DNA of 64,000 nt from sequence record SRR31156797_3892. One strand, 5' to 3'. A model generated the notes under the pieces. That model saw nothing but the letters and a program-made list of their open reading frames with translations, was not told where the DNA came from and made no database searches. The position numbers and the translations under genes were made by a program. Below, in pieces: positions 41,750 through 52,323 of this stretch. Position 1 is the first letter of the stretch. Each line of letters begins with the position of its first letter.

Positions 41750-41773
41750 AAACCTTTCGGGATACAGCTTGTT
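41750..41773 (+). promoter_or_regulatory. Putative ECF-sigma promoter AAAC-N16-TGTT
   Basis: 26 nt upstream of the 41800 start. Confidence 0.4.
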
Positions 41774-41799
41774 ATTGGTTTAAATCAAAATTACATACC

Positions 41800-42678
41800 A
41801 TGAAAATAACAAGATTAAACCTGATGAAATGCTTCTCCGTTCTATTTATTGCAACATTACTGCTCAGCAACAATACCGACCTTTCAGCACAATCCTATTT
41901 TTCGGATAAAGTGCAGAAAACGTGGGAATCCGAACCGGTTTTCAATGTTCCGGAATCTGTGTTTTACTATCCTGATGAGGATATGGTATTTGTTGCCAAC
42001 ATCAATGGCAAACCCACCGACCGTGACGAGAATGGATTTATTTCCCAACTCGAGCCCAATGGCCGGATTGTAAGACTGGAATGGGTTACCGGGCTTCACG
42101 CTCCTAAAGGCATGAATACTTTTGACGGGAAACTTTATGTGGCAGACATATATCGTGTTGCTGAAATCGATATTAAAAAGCGAAAAATCATCCAGTTTTA
42201 TGAAGCTGACGGAGCCGAATTTCTGAACGATATTGTTACGGATGATGATGGTAACGTCTATATCACCGACATGACCCGCGGAGCCGTATATAAAATTTCA
42301 GATGGCGAAATAAGTGAATGGCTGCCGGCTGGCACATTCACAAAATGCAATGGTGTTTATTACCTCGATGGCATGATCTACCTTGGTGAAAATGGCAGGA
42401 TCGTAAGTATTGATCCCGCAACCAAAGATATTGAAACCATCGCTGAATTTGATGGCGGTGTGGATGGACTGGAGCTCACCAAAGACGGCACTTTTATTTT
42501 CAGTGATTGGAGCGGTAAAGTGCAGGCTGTTAAAGCCGGAGGCAAACCGGAAATACTTTTCAATACCACCGACGAAAAAATCAATGCCGCAGATATCCAC
42601 CTGATTCGCGAACACAACCTTTTACTGGTACCTACATTTTTCGATAACAGGATCATGTCTTACAAACTAAATCTTTAA
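41800..42678 (+). CDS. Secreted six-bladed beta-propeller, SMP-30/gluconolactonase/LRE-like
   Basis: Signal peptide; PESV, NGFIS, GLHAPKGM, FLND, DGL, NAADI. Confidence 0.8.
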   Translation: MKITRLNLMKCFSVLFIATLLLSNNTDLSAQSYFSDKVQKTWESEPVFNVPESVFYYPDEDMVFVANINGKPTDRDENGFISQLEPNGRIVRLEWVTGLHAPKGMNTFDGKLYVADIYRVAEIDIKKRKIIQFYEADGAEFLNDIVTDDDGNVYITDMTRGAVYKISDGEISEWLPAGTFTKCNGVYYLDGMIYLGENGRIVSIDPATKDIETIAEFDGGVDGLELTKDGTFIFSDWSGKVQAVKAGGKPEILFNTTDEKINAADIHLIREHNLLLVPTFFDNRIMSYKLNL

Positions 42679-42819
42679 AACAGATTCGAAATCTGGTTAT
42701 TGATTCTCACATTATTTTTGAAGAATCTTATCTGCCTTAATTTCTATAATAAAACCAGGATTCAATAGTTAATTCCTGATTAATTGAGGTTCGTTCTAAA
42801 ACATCCCGCTCACTATTTC

Positions 42820-44103
42820 ATGAAAAAAGTTGCATTTAAAACATTGGGCTGCAGGCTTAACCAGTACGAAACTGATGCCCTGGCATCCCAGTTCGACAAA
42901 AACGGATACCAGGTTGTGGATTTCGACGACGAAGCCGAAGTGGTTGTGGTAAACACCTGCACGGTTACCAATCAGAGCGACAGCAAATCGAACCAGGTGA
43001 TCAAGCAGGCTGCTAAAAAACACAAGGATGCCATGCTTGTGGTAACAGGCTGTATGGTAAACAACCATCGCGAAAAGCTGGAAAAGGCACAATCGAACGT
43101 TACATGGTTTGTGGATAATGAACACAAAAGTTCCATCTTTTCGCTCATTGACGGCCATTTAAAGGGCGAGGTAAATCACCCCGATCATTTCGATAAAAAC
43201 CTTTTTGATTACCAGCCTGCCGAAAAAACCTTCCACACCCGCAGTATGATCAAAATTCAGGATGGGTGCGATAACTTCTGCACTTTTTGCATTATTCCAA
43301 AAGTACGGGGACGCGCCACAAGCCGGCCGGTTAAGGAGATACTTGATAACATCAGGCAGGTGGTGGAATTTGGATACAAAGAGGTCGTGCTAACAGGCGT
43401 AAACATCGGCCGTTACGATCATGAAGGTACCAACTTTGAAGATCTGGTTGAACAAATCCTGGAACTCCCCGGAGATTTCAGGGTACGGATTTCATCCATC
43501 GAGCCTGAAGGATTTGGCGACAAGCTTTTCGATCTGTTCGCCCACCCCAAACTTACGCCTCATCTGCACCTGTGCTTACAAAGCGGTTCTGATAAAATCC
43601 TATTGAAAATGCGCAGGATGTACACGCTGAAAGGATTTACGGATATTGTTGATAAGGTTCGGGGTCGCTACCCTGATTTCAACTTTACCACAGATATCAT
43701 TGTTGGATTTCCCGGCGAGGATGAAGTTGACCTGCAACAAACTGTAGAAGTTACCAAAAAAATTGGCTTTGGGCATATCCATACGTTTAAATATTCGGTG
43801 AGAAAAGGTACCCGTGCCGAACGCATGGATGAGCAAATTCCCGAAAAGGAAAAAACACGCCGCAGTGAGGCAATCCGCCTGCTTGCAGAATCCGAAAAAA
43901 TGAAATACCGGACAAGTATGCTGGGAAAAACACAGACGGTGCTGGTTGAAAAAATAATCGATGGGATTGCGCAGGGTTATGGCGAAAATTATATTCCGAT
44001 AAAGTTTACTGCAAGGAACACCCAAACAAATCAGTTTGTGAAAGTGAAACTATTGGACCTGCAAAACACCGAAGAGATGTGGATACACGGAGAAATAATA
44101 TAA
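42820..44103 (+). CDS. mtaB: tRNA t6A37 methylthiotransferase MtaB
   Basis: TLGCRLNQYET, NTCTVT, KIQDGCDNFCTFCIIP, PHLHLCLQSG; ATG at 42820. Confidence 0.92.
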   Translation: MKKVAFKTLGCRLNQYETDALASQFDKNGYQVVDFDDEAEVVVVNTCTVTNQSDSKSNQVIKQAAKKHKDAMLVVTGCMVNNHREKLEKAQSNVTWFVDNEHKSSIFSLIDGHLKGEVNHPDHFDKNLFDYQPAEKTFHTRSMIKIQDGCDNFCTFCIIPKVRGRATSRPVKEILDNIRQVVEFGYKEVVLTGVNIGRYDHEGTNFEDLVEQILELPGDFRVRISSIEPEGFGDKLFDLFAHPKLTPHLHLCLQSGSDKILLKMRRMYTLKGFTDIVDKVRGRYPDFNFTTDIIVGFPGEDEVDLQQTVEVTKKIGFGHIHTFKYSVRKGTRAERMDEQIPEKEKTRRSEAIRLLAESEKMKYRTSMLGKTQTVLVEKIIDGIAQGYGENYIPIKFTARNTQTNQFVKVKLLDLQNTEEMWIHGEII

Positions 44104-44135
44104 AAAAAATCCGGCGTAATTGCCGGATTTTTTTT
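44102..44135. terminator. Bidirectional intrinsic terminator between mtaB and adk
   Basis: A8-TCCGGC-GTAATT-GCCGGA-T8. Confidence 0.85.
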
Positions 44136-44709
44136 ATGCGATGTGTTTGTCGATTATCTCACAAATATTTTTAAAAATATCATCAATTGATCCAATTCCG
44201 TGCACAGAGGTGTATTTATCCTGTTTTGTGTAATACTCGATGAGAGGTGTTGTTTGTTCGTGATAGACTTTCATCCTGTTTCTGATCACTTCCTCTGTAT
44301 CATCTTTCCTACCCTGCTCCTGCGCCCTTTTCAGCAATCGTTGAACGATCTCCTCCTCATTAACTTCAAGAGCCAGAACCAATGAAACACAGTCGTGGTG
44401 TTTATCGAGCATAACGTCAAGGTCTCTGGCCTGTTGGCAGGTTCTGGGGAATCCGTCGAAGATAAACCCATTCTTGCCTTCCTGTTTTTTTATGGCATTT
44501 TCCAGCAGGGCACATAAAAGTTCATCCGGGACGAGTTCACCTTTTTCGATGATACCCTGAACTTTGAGCCCAAGCTCGGTTTTGTTTTTTATCTCTCTCC
44601 TGAAAATATCGCCGGTTGAGATGTGCCCGAAATTATATTTTTCAGCGATTTTGCATGACTGGGTTCCTTTTCCCGAACCCGGAGGGCCAAATATGACTAG
44701 GTTAAACAT
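44134..44709 (-). CDS. adk: Adenylate kinase (short-LID type)
   Basis: MFNLVIFGPPGSGKGTQ, HISTGD, GELVPD, FDGFPRT, GRKDD; start at 44709. Confidence 0.95.
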   Translation of the reverse strand: MFNLVIFGPPGSGKGTQSCKIAEKYNFGHISTGDIFRREIKNKTELGLKVQGIIEKGELVPDELLCALLENAIKKQEGKNGFIFDGFPRTCQQARDLDVMLDKHHDCVSLVLALEVNEEEIVQRLLKRAQEQGRKDDTEEVIRNRMKVYHEQTTPLIEYYTKQDKYTSVHGIGSIDDIFKNICEIIDKHIA

Positions 44710-44878
44710 AATGCGCAAAAAGTTTTGGTTTCTGATAATTTCATCAACGCACGAAATTAAAAATAAATCAGGCACTGTACGCTGAAACTTTAAACTGAAT
44801 GACAATTTATAATAATTCCAATTTTTATGCTATTCCAGTTTGGAACACCACAAGGGTATTGATATTAAACTCCGACCA

Positions 44879-45311
44879 TTACACATTCAATCCCGCCACT
44901 TCTTTTACGATGATCGCATCATCGCCATCAAAATCCCCGGTATTTTTTAGGGTTGCTTCAATTTTCACATTCTCTGAGGTCAAATATAAATCCTTAATTC
45001 TTAAATCAGCATACTCAAAATTGGTGTAGCTCAAGCCGCAGCCAAAAAGGATAAAGTGGATCATCTTCAAAATACTTATAGGTGCGCTCTTGCATGTTGT
45101 AATTATCAAATGGTGGTAGTTGGGCTTTGGATTTGCAAAAAGTAACTGGCAAACGACCGGCAGGATTATAATCCCCAAACAACATCCTTGAAATCAGTTC
45201 ATCCGCACGTGTTTCAAAACTAAAGTCCGTATTGAGGCAATCCGGTTTTGATGATTTGTTACATGAATTTAAGAAAATCGCACTAAACTGTCCAATAAAA
45301 AAGGCTGGCAT
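44879..45311 (-). pseudogene. GH3 beta-glucosidase/xylosidase pseudogene with large internal deletion and frameshift
   Basis: N-terminal piece ..SFETRADELISRM fused to C-terminal LFGDYNPAGRLPVTF..RTYKYF..PLYPF, then shifts frame to GCGLSYTNFEY..NTGDFDGD. Confidence 0.82.
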
Positions 45312-45409
45312 GACAATTCCTGAAAATATATTTCTAATAAATTTGGTATCGAAAATAGGTTGACATCACCTATAGAATTCTCCAAATTTGTTAATTTCAG
45401 CAGCACCAT

Positions 45410-47203
45410 TTATTGGTGGGCCAGCTTCCCGGTAAAGACCTCTTCACTAAAGCGTACATAATAATGGTAAATACCTGCATCAAGATTTTCGGTTAGCTGT
45501 AGTTTTACCGTGGTGCTATTATTCTGAATTTCAACATCCATAACAATACCACCCAACTCATTATAAAGACAAAATCTACCTTCTTTCCATTCAGGATTTA
45601 AACCTCGAATATTTATCAAACCCTGAAATGGGTTTGGGAATATTTCCAACTGGTTCCCGACTGTTGAAATATCCTTTGGAATTGAAACAACAGGGTCGTA
45701 AGTGCCATATTCACCGGTGTTTCGCGAATTGTACTGATGAGTAGCCAAAGGGGTAAGTTCAGGGTTGAATTGTACTTCTGCATCGTAAATATGCATATCG
45801 GTAGTGAAGGCTTGCAGATCAACGGTTGGTGCCACCAGATTCAGGTTACCATCATCGTTGATATCAGCAAGTAAAACCTGATTGAAGAATGTCGCTCCTG
45901 GAGGATTAAGAAGGCCTTCGAACAACGATCCATCGTGGTTTACAATCTGATAGGGTAGATTTGTTGCATTGTTATCGCAAATAATTTCAAGATCCCCATT
46001 TCCATCCAGGTCAGATACAGTTCCCTGAATATTTATAGCATCCAATGGATGTACCGGAAAACCGGACAGTGGGGTTCCATCATAATTCCAGCCATGCAGG
46101 TAATCATCAGGTTCAGGTGAAAGTACCTGGTCACCAACTAAAATATCCAGATTTCCATCCTGATTAATATCCACAACACTTGCTGGAGCATACATCCAGC
46201 GCAAAGTGTATTTTGGAAAGCCATCCATAATCGTACCATCGTTTTTAATCACAAAGATGGCCCCAGCATCCGTTTGTGGTTGCTGGTTACAGGTTGGTAC
46301 CACTATATCATTGTTTCCATCCTGGTCCAGGTCAACAATGACAGGATTAGCATAAGAAACGGCCCGTACATCCTGCTCAAAAGTAAAAGGAAATCCATCG
46401 AGAAGCTCAGCTTTAATATTCCATGCATATAGTTTCCAAAACGAGCAGGTAATGATTTCAGGAACGCCATCGCCGTCAAGGTCGCCTGCTGAGGCACCTG
46501 TTCCGGGGATATAATCGAGTTGTACATCTACCCAATCGTCGTCTAAGGTTCCATCTCCATTATAAGCAAATACATTGGCAAGAGGATAATTATACACAGC
46601 CGAAATAATCTCCAACTCAGGATCACCATCAATATTTACTAGCAAAGGTTCCTTTTGAGGGCCACCAAAATCCCATTCAATTGGGAAGCCGTCAACAAGG
46701 CTACCATCGAAATTAAAAGCAAATAGCGCACCTCTGATATTATAAAAGGCAGCGTGAACTACAATCTCCAACTCTGGGTCATCATCAATGTTTCCTATCG
46801 ATGGAGCTCCTTGTAAGGGATCATTTCCAACACTTACTGGAAAGCCCTCTTTTATTTCACCGGCAGGTGAATAAACCTGAATTTCGGATCCAGTAACAAA
46901 GATAATTTCCTTTTTATCATCACCATCTATATCGATAAAACGACTTGCACGTTGCGTGGTTCCGGGAATATCCATGATTGGCCAGCCATCAATTTCGGTA
47001 TCAAAATCATTGGCTGCTTTGCCGTTTTTGATTTGTTGATAATAATCTGATGTGATCAATGCTTTGCCATTGGCATTGATATACTGGTCAGGAATGTTGA
47101 GTGACCTGGCTTCATCTGCCCCGATCACTTTAAGGTTAAGGTTGTTTTGTGCCGGCAGAAAAACCGGCAATACTGCGAAAAGAATGAATAATAGTTTCTT
47201 CAT
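45410..47203 (-). CDS. FG-GAP/VCBS repeat protein with T9SS type A sorting domain
   Basis: Signal peptide; repeated DLDGDG.EI / G.P units; C-terminal IFPNPF...LDAGIY...GKL. Confidence 0.88.
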   Translation of the reverse strand: MKKLLFILFAVLPVFLPAQNNLNLKVIGADEARSLNIPDQYINANGKALITSDYYQQIKNGKAANDFDTEIDGWPIMDIPGTTQRASRFIDIDGDDKKEIIFVTGSEIQVYSPAGEIKEGFPVSVGNDPLQGAPSIGNIDDDPELEIVVHAAFYNIRGALFAFNFDGSLVDGFPIEWDFGGPQKEPLLVNIDGDPELEIISAVYNYPLANVFAYNGDGTLDDDWVDVQLDYIPGTGASAGDLDGDGVPEIITCSFWKLYAWNIKAELLDGFPFTFEQDVRAVSYANPVIVDLDQDGNNDIVVPTCNQQPQTDAGAIFVIKNDGTIMDGFPKYTLRWMYAPASVVDINQDGNLDILVGDQVLSPEPDDYLHGWNYDGTPLSGFPVHPLDAINIQGTVSDLDGNGDLEIICDNNATNLPYQIVNHDGSLFEGLLNPPGATFFNQVLLADINDDGNLNLVAPTVDLQAFTTDMHIYDAEVQFNPELTPLATHQYNSRNTGEYGTYDPVVSIPKDISTVGNQLEIFPNPFQGLINIRGLNPEWKEGRFCLYNELGGIVMDVEIQNNSTTVKLQLTENLDAGIYHYYVRFSEEVFTGKLAHQ

Positions 47204-47236
47204 AATAATTGAATGTTATTGGTTAATGAATGTGAT

Positions 47237-47488
47237 TTAAATTTTTACGATTTTTCGTTCGAGGGTTTTACCCTTGGAAATCACCTTGAAAACATAGGTG
47301 CCTGCTGACAGGTTGTTGAGATCGATTTTTGATTCTCCACCCGGATAGGTATGGAGAAAAATCAACTTTCCGTAAAGGTCGTTTACCACCAGCGTGAAAC
47401 CTTCATCATTACCTGTTTTTATGTTGATTTCGCCGATGAATGGATTTGGATAAACGTCAAATTGCAACATGATTTCAGGATTCAGCAT
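47237..47488 (-). pseudogene. Stand-alone T9SS C-terminal domain, probable deletion remnant
   Basis: VYPNPF..INI..DLYGKLI..IDLNNLSAGTYVFKV..RKIVKI with no signal peptide or cargo domain. Confidence 0.6.
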
Positions 47489-47503
47489 GTATATCAGTTT
47501 CAA

Positions 47504-47611
47504 TATGACAAAGGAAATACACGAATCACCGAAATAAAAATCTGTACCTATGACAAATGCAGTACCAGGATAAAAAATCGAAAAAAGAGGGTATGACAAA
47601 TCTATGACATA
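47504..47611. promoter_or_regulatory. Phased TATGACAAA direct repeats, putative regulator binding sites
   Basis: TATGACAAA at 47504, 47549 and 47592; TATGACATA at 47603. Confidence 0.55.
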
Positions 47612-47758
47612 CATATAATAACCTGATTATGAATTACCAAAAGCGACACTATATGAGACAAAATCAATAAACAATTCGAACAATAAACAATTGTGCATAG
47701 GAAAATTCAGGGTACAGCACAGAAATGTAGCTGGCAGGATCAGGTAAGAACAATCAAT

Positions 47759-49585
47759 TTATCTGACTAAAAAATCAAACAAATCATCATCTTTGCCCAG
47801 CCCCAGTTTCTTTTTCAGGCGAACGCGTGATTTTTGTACGCTTGTGGGGTTGATGTTCAGCAGCCTGGAAATTTCTTTGGTGGAAAGGTTCATGCGGATG
47901 TAGGAACAATGGCGTAGATCAAGATTGGTAAGCGACGGAAATTCCTCTATAAGCCGGTCGATAAAACCCTGATGCACCTGGTTGAAATGCATTTTGAACC
48001 GGTTCCAGTCTTCATCCAGTTGCAAATTGCTTTTGATAGCGGATTTTAAAGATTTCAGATCTTTTTTTACTTCCGGTCGGGCTTTGTTTTCAATCAGTTC
48101 CACTTCTTCGAGCAACTGGCTGAGGCTCTCATTTTTTTGATACATGTGCATGGTTACCGATGAAAGCTCATTATGCCTGTGCTGGATATCCATTTGAAGT
48201 TTGGCATTTTCTTCTTCTTTCAGTTTGGCCTCAGCTTCCAGCTTATCATTTTTATTTTTCTCCAGTTCAAATTCCAGCGCCTGTTGTTGTATCTTTTTCT
48301 CGTCCAGCTCCTTTCGCTGGTTCAGGAATTTAAGTTTGATCCGGTAACGACTATAAAGGAGAATAACCAGCAGTATGATCAGGACAGATAAAATGGTTGA
48401 AAAGTATAGGTACATCAATCTGCGTTGATTTTCCTCTTCCAGTTCCAAATTTTGTTGACGCATTTGCTCGGTCTGGTAAATCACCTGAAATTCGGCAATA
48501 CGCAAAGCACGTTCCTTCTTAAAGATATTGTATTTGTGTTCCTCAAATAGTTTCTGGTACTGATAGGCTTTCTTGTAATCCTTGTTTGCGTCAAACATCT
48601 CTGCCAGATGCTCGTAAAATTCGGCAAGTAGCGCAAGGTCATTTATCTTTTTGGCCTCTTCCAGTCCCTTAAATAATGTATCGCCGGCCTGTTCAAATTT
48701 ACGCTGTGCAGTATATGCCTGCCCTAACTTGTTTAACCCATCAACATAAATCTGGTAAAATGTTTGATTTCGGCTTAATTCCAGGGAACGGATAAAAACC
48801 TTTTCAGCCATGATACTTTTCCCCTGTTGCAGATAAACATCGCCGATATTCAGGTAGGAGTTTGCATAAAGCATATCCAGGCCATTGTTTTTATAAATTT
48901 CCTGTGCATGCTCATGGTAAGAAATTGCAGAATCATAGTAGCCGTTGGCTGTTAATATGTAGCCGTTTATGGTTAATGATGATGCGAGGCCCCGCGGAAA
49001 ATCAACCTTTTCCCAAATACGGAGTGCCTGGTTATTGTAATCCTGGGCTTTTTCAAAATCATCAATGCGGTAATAAATAAGTGAGATGTTGTTCAGTGAA
49101 CGTCCCACACCAATATCATTGTCAAATGAGCTAAAGACCTTTATGGTTTGGTGATAGTTTTTAAGCGCTGCGTCGTATTGTCCCAATTCGGCATATACAT
49201 TTGAGATCAAAAGATAAATTTCGGCATCCAGTGTTTCCAGGTCATCAGGTGTTATTCTGTTTTGGGCCTCCAGTAGTGATTCCAGTGCTTTTTTTAGATT
49301 TCCTTTCAAACGGTAGGCATATCCCAATAAGTAGTACGACAATTTATCAGATTCGTGGTAAACCAAAATCCTAGAGGTTTCAATGGCGAGTTGGGCATAA
49401 TAGATTGTACTGTCAACATTGGAATCCTTATACTTTCGGGCCAGGTTGTTGTAGTGATCTGAAACCACGCGATCCTGTTCAGCATATTGCTTAACATCAG
49501 AATTACAGGATGTTATCAGCATTATAAATACAAAAAACAAAATCCCAATGATGAAAAAAATATTTCCTTTTGCTCTGGTTGGCAT
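47759..49585 (-). CDS. Transmembrane regulator: periplasmic TPRs, TM, coiled coil, LuxR-type HTH
   Basis: TPR array, TM, then EDWNRFKMHFNQVH..LTNLDLRHCSYIRMNLSTKEISRLLNI...RLKKKLGL. Confidence 0.88.
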   Translation of the reverse strand: MPTRAKGNIFFIIGILFFVFIMLITSCNSDVKQYAEQDRVVSDHYNNLARKYKDSNVDSTIYYAQLAIETSRILVYHESDKLSYYLLGYAYRLKGNLKKALESLLEAQNRITPDDLETLDAEIYLLISNVYAELGQYDAALKNYHQTIKVFSSFDNDIGVGRSLNNISLIYYRIDDFEKAQDYNNQALRIWEKVDFPRGLASSLTINGYILTANGYYDSAISYHEHAQEIYKNNGLDMLYANSYLNIGDVYLQQGKSIMAEKVFIRSLELSRNQTFYQIYVDGLNKLGQAYTAQRKFEQAGDTLFKGLEEAKKINDLALLAEFYEHLAEMFDANKDYKKAYQYQKLFEEHKYNIFKKERALRIAEFQVIYQTEQMRQQNLELEEENQRRLMYLYFSTILSVLIILLVILLYSRYRIKLKFLNQRKELDEKKIQQQALEFELEKNKNDKLEAEAKLKEEENAKLQMDIQHRHNELSSVTMHMYQKNESLSQLLEEVELIENKARPEVKKDLKSLKSAIKSNLQLDEDWNRFKMHFNQVHQGFIDRLIEEFPSLTNLDLRHCSYIRMNLSTKEISRLLNINPTSVQKSRVRLKKKLGLGKDDDLFDFLVR

Positions 49586-49892
49586 GAATTAATGTTTTCG
49601 CAAAATTACATATTATTGGATTGTTCAGGAGTAATATTTGGGTAGGATGACCAACTTGAGTTTTTGTTCCGATCGGTTTAAGTAAGCAACCATTTTTATG
49701 ATACTGATTCTTTTGTACATTGTATATCAATTTCATGAATCGTCTAATTGAACATAACAAAATAGATACAAGTTGCCTTTTTGTATTAACTTCTATCACT
49801 GGTTGATCATTCCCAATTTAACTTACCAAGTTAAAACCTCAAAGAGGCAAAACACAAATTCTGGAAGATATATTATTACCCCGCTAAAAAAC

Positions 49893-49925
49893 AAAAGCCC
49901 TGAAGGAAAGAACCTTCAAGGCTTT
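49893..49925 (-). terminator. Intrinsic terminator after the tRNA
   Basis: AAAGCCCTGAAGG-6nt-CCTTCAAGGCTTT. Confidence 0.7.
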
Positions 49926-49939
49926 GTGAGTCTTGGTAG

Positions 49940-50023
49940 TGCCCAGAACAAGAATCGAACTTGCACAACCTTGCGGTTACATGGCCCTCAACCATGCGCG
50001 TCTACCAGTTCCGCCACCTGGGC
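49940..50023 (-). tRNA. tRNA-Leu(GAG)
   Basis: GCCCAGGTGGCGGAACTGGTAGACGCG-CATGG-TTGAGGG-CCATG, long variable arm, GTTCGATT T-loop; CCA not encoded directly after the discriminator; TACCTTTG promoter box at 50042-50049. Confidence 0.95.
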
Positions 50024-50260
50024 TTAATTATTTTCGGGCGGCAAAGGTAAAATTATTTTTATTTTCAACCCAAATTAAATCCTACTTTTTTTAGCATTTC
50101 CCGGAAAAAATTTCCTGCATAGAGCCAACCTTCCCAAAAGCTGTTTTGACAGGTTCTAAATTAACTTCCAGATTCGAATATTTAATCACTATTTGGTAAT
50201 TTAGCTCTTCCAAAATCAGAAACATTTATCAATTTATTAATCACAAAAAAAATATCCGGA

Positions 50261-52321
50261 ATGAAAGCTTTACCCTTAACTATTTTATTAACTATCGTAA
50301 ATGTAATCTTCCTATTCGCGCAAAAACCACCTGAGAAATTTGGAAAAATCTCCAACGACATATTCAACGTAGAAGTATGCCCCATCGACTCCTCAGCACA
50401 TGCCTGGTTTGTTTTCGACTTTGGAAAAACCGATTTCCGATATGCCTCCACAACTGTGAGGGAAAATGATCCTTCCAGCGGCAGAAAAGGTTTTGAGATG
50501 TATTTCGAAAGGCATTTTCGCATCCGCATTCTCGATAACACAGCACTGGATTGGGCCAATGTGGAGATCCCCATCTATCACGACATGGAAGGCTCCGAAG
50601 AAGAAGTAGTAAAGTTTAAAGCCATCGTGTTTAACCTGGAAGGCAAAAAGGTGGATAAAACAAAAGTGAATTACGGCGACATGATCAAAGAAGCGAAGAA
50701 CGAATTCTGGGACATTATGAAATGTGCACTTCCCAATGTTAAGGCCGGATCAGTGATTGATGTGAATTACGTGGTGAAATCGGATTTCTTTTTCAATCTG
50801 CAAAGCTGGGCGTTTCAAAAAACCATTCCGGTGCTGCACAGCGAATACCATGTCTGGATACCCGAATATTTTAATTACAACCACAAACAATGGGGCTATT
50901 ATCCCATTGATGTTGAGCGTGACATCCGTACCAAATCCATGTTGATCACATATTACGAAAGCGAAGACCACGCTTCCTTGGTGGGAAGTGGCACCAATAA
51001 ATATCAACAAAAAATCGATTACAAAGAATACGTTACTGATCTGTATTCGAAGAATGTCCCGGCATTCCCTGTTGAGCCTTTTCTCACCACAATAGATAAC
51101 TACATCTCAAAAGTTGAATTTGAGTTGTATATGGTAAAATTCCCCGGACAATCAGAAAAGTATTATTCCAAAACCTGGGACGACATCAATGATTATTTCC
51201 TGAAGCACAGTGATTTTGGCGACCAGCTGAATCATAAAAGATTTCTGAAGGATGATGTGGAACAGTTACTTGGTATGAACCTTGACACCATGGGCCTGAT
51301 GGATGCAGCCTTCGTAAAAATCAAAGATCATTATGCATGGAATGGGATGAATAGCAAATATATCAGCGAAAATTTAAGATCAGCTTATAAATCTGCGAGC
51401 GGAAACAGCGCCGACATCAACCTGGCATTGGTGGTAATGCTAAGAGAGCTCGGTTTAAAAGCATATCCTGTTTTGGTAAGCACACGTGAAAACGGCCTGA
51501 TCCATCCCTCCCACCCTTCCATCAGCAGCTTCAACTACGTTATTGTTGCAGCCAATCACAATGGCAAATATTACCTGATGGATGCCACCGATCCATTTTC
51601 TGAAATTAATCTGCTACCCACTCGCTGTCTGAATAACAAGGGCTGGGTGGTTGATGAACGATCATCAGGATGGCTGAACCTGGAAAATGGAGATTTGGCC
51701 AGATCAGCAGTTTGTAATCTTGAAATCAAACCTGAAGGCACAATTACGGGCAAGGTAAATTGCACATTCAGCCATTATGGTGCTTACACCGAAAGGAAAG
51801 ATGCAGCGGCCGAATCCGATGTAGAAAGCCATTTGCACGAAAAGTATGAAACCAATAATTTAAAGGTCAGTAACTGTTCAGCAACTGGATTGGAAAAAGC
51901 TTATGAGGATGTAAAGTATGAATTTGATGTTGAAATAAATGACCATGTTACGCAGGCCGGCGACCTCCTGATATTTGAACCCATCATTTTCGATCGCTGG
52001 GATGAAAATCCATTTAAAATTGAAAATCGCGAATATCCGGTAGAATTTACCTATCCCATCACCGAAATGAGCAGCATCTCCATTACCCTTCCAGAAGGTT
52101 ACACCGTTGAAGAGCTGCCGGAACCCATGGTGGTGAACATGGAGGATAAATCAGCCAAACTGATGTACAGCATCAACCAGTTGGGTAACAAATTACAAAT
52201 CACGTCAGTTTTCTCGATCAATAATACCACTTTCCTGCCCGAACAATATCCTTACCTAAAGCAAATGTTTGACATCCTCGTGAATAAGCAAAAGGAACAG
52301 GTCATCCTGAAGAAAATTTAA
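50261..52321 (+). CDS. DUF3857/transglutaminase-like/DUF3858 protein lacking the catalytic Cys
   Basis: Signal peptide; LPNVKAGSVID, W.FQ..IP, GNSADINL, FNYVI, MDAT. Confidence 0.85.
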   Translation: MKALPLTILLTIVNVIFLFAQKPPEKFGKISNDIFNVEVCPIDSSAHAWFVFDFGKTDFRYASTTVRENDPSSGRKGFEMYFERHFRIRILDNTALDWANVEIPIYHDMEGSEEEVVKFKAIVFNLEGKKVDKTKVNYGDMIKEAKNEFWDIMKCALPNVKAGSVIDVNYVVKSDFFFNLQSWAFQKTIPVLHSEYHVWIPEYFNYNHKQWGYYPIDVERDIRTKSMLITYYESEDHASLVGSGTNKYQQKIDYKEYVTDLYSKNVPAFPVEPFLTTIDNYISKVEFELYMVKFPGQSEKYYSKTWDDINDYFLKHSDFGDQLNHKRFLKDDVEQLLGMNLDTMGLMDAAFVKIKDHYAWNGMNSKYISENLRSAYKSASGNSADINLALVVMLRELGLKAYPVLVSTRENGLIHPSHPSISSFNYVIVAANHNGKYYLMDATDPFSEINLLPTRCLNNKGWVVDERSSGWLNLENGDLARSAVCNLEIKPEGTITGKVNCTFSHYGAYTERKDAAAESDVESHLHEKYETNNLKVSNCSATGLEKAYEDVKYEFDVEINDHVTQAGDLLIFEPIIFDRWDENPFKIENREYPVEFTYPITEMSSISITLPEGYTVEELPEPMVVNMEDKSAKLMYSINQLGNKLQITSVFSINNTTFLPEQYPYLKQMFDILVNKQKEQVILKKI

Positions 52322-52323
52322 CC

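Noticed and set aside
44710..44805. N-terminal extensions in the ORF track (adk 44805, also mtaB 42784, DUF6364 17684, M49 6195, CTD 47614)
   Set aside because: Family homology starts at downstream ATGs, and some extensions run through promoter or repeat DNA
44760..50023. Integrated element at tRNA-Leu
   Set aside because: No integrase and no duplicate of the tRNA 3' end found by eye
49503..50027. 98-aa and 84-aa ORFs near the tRNA
   Set aside because: No motifs; they overlap the regulator start, the terminator or the tRNA
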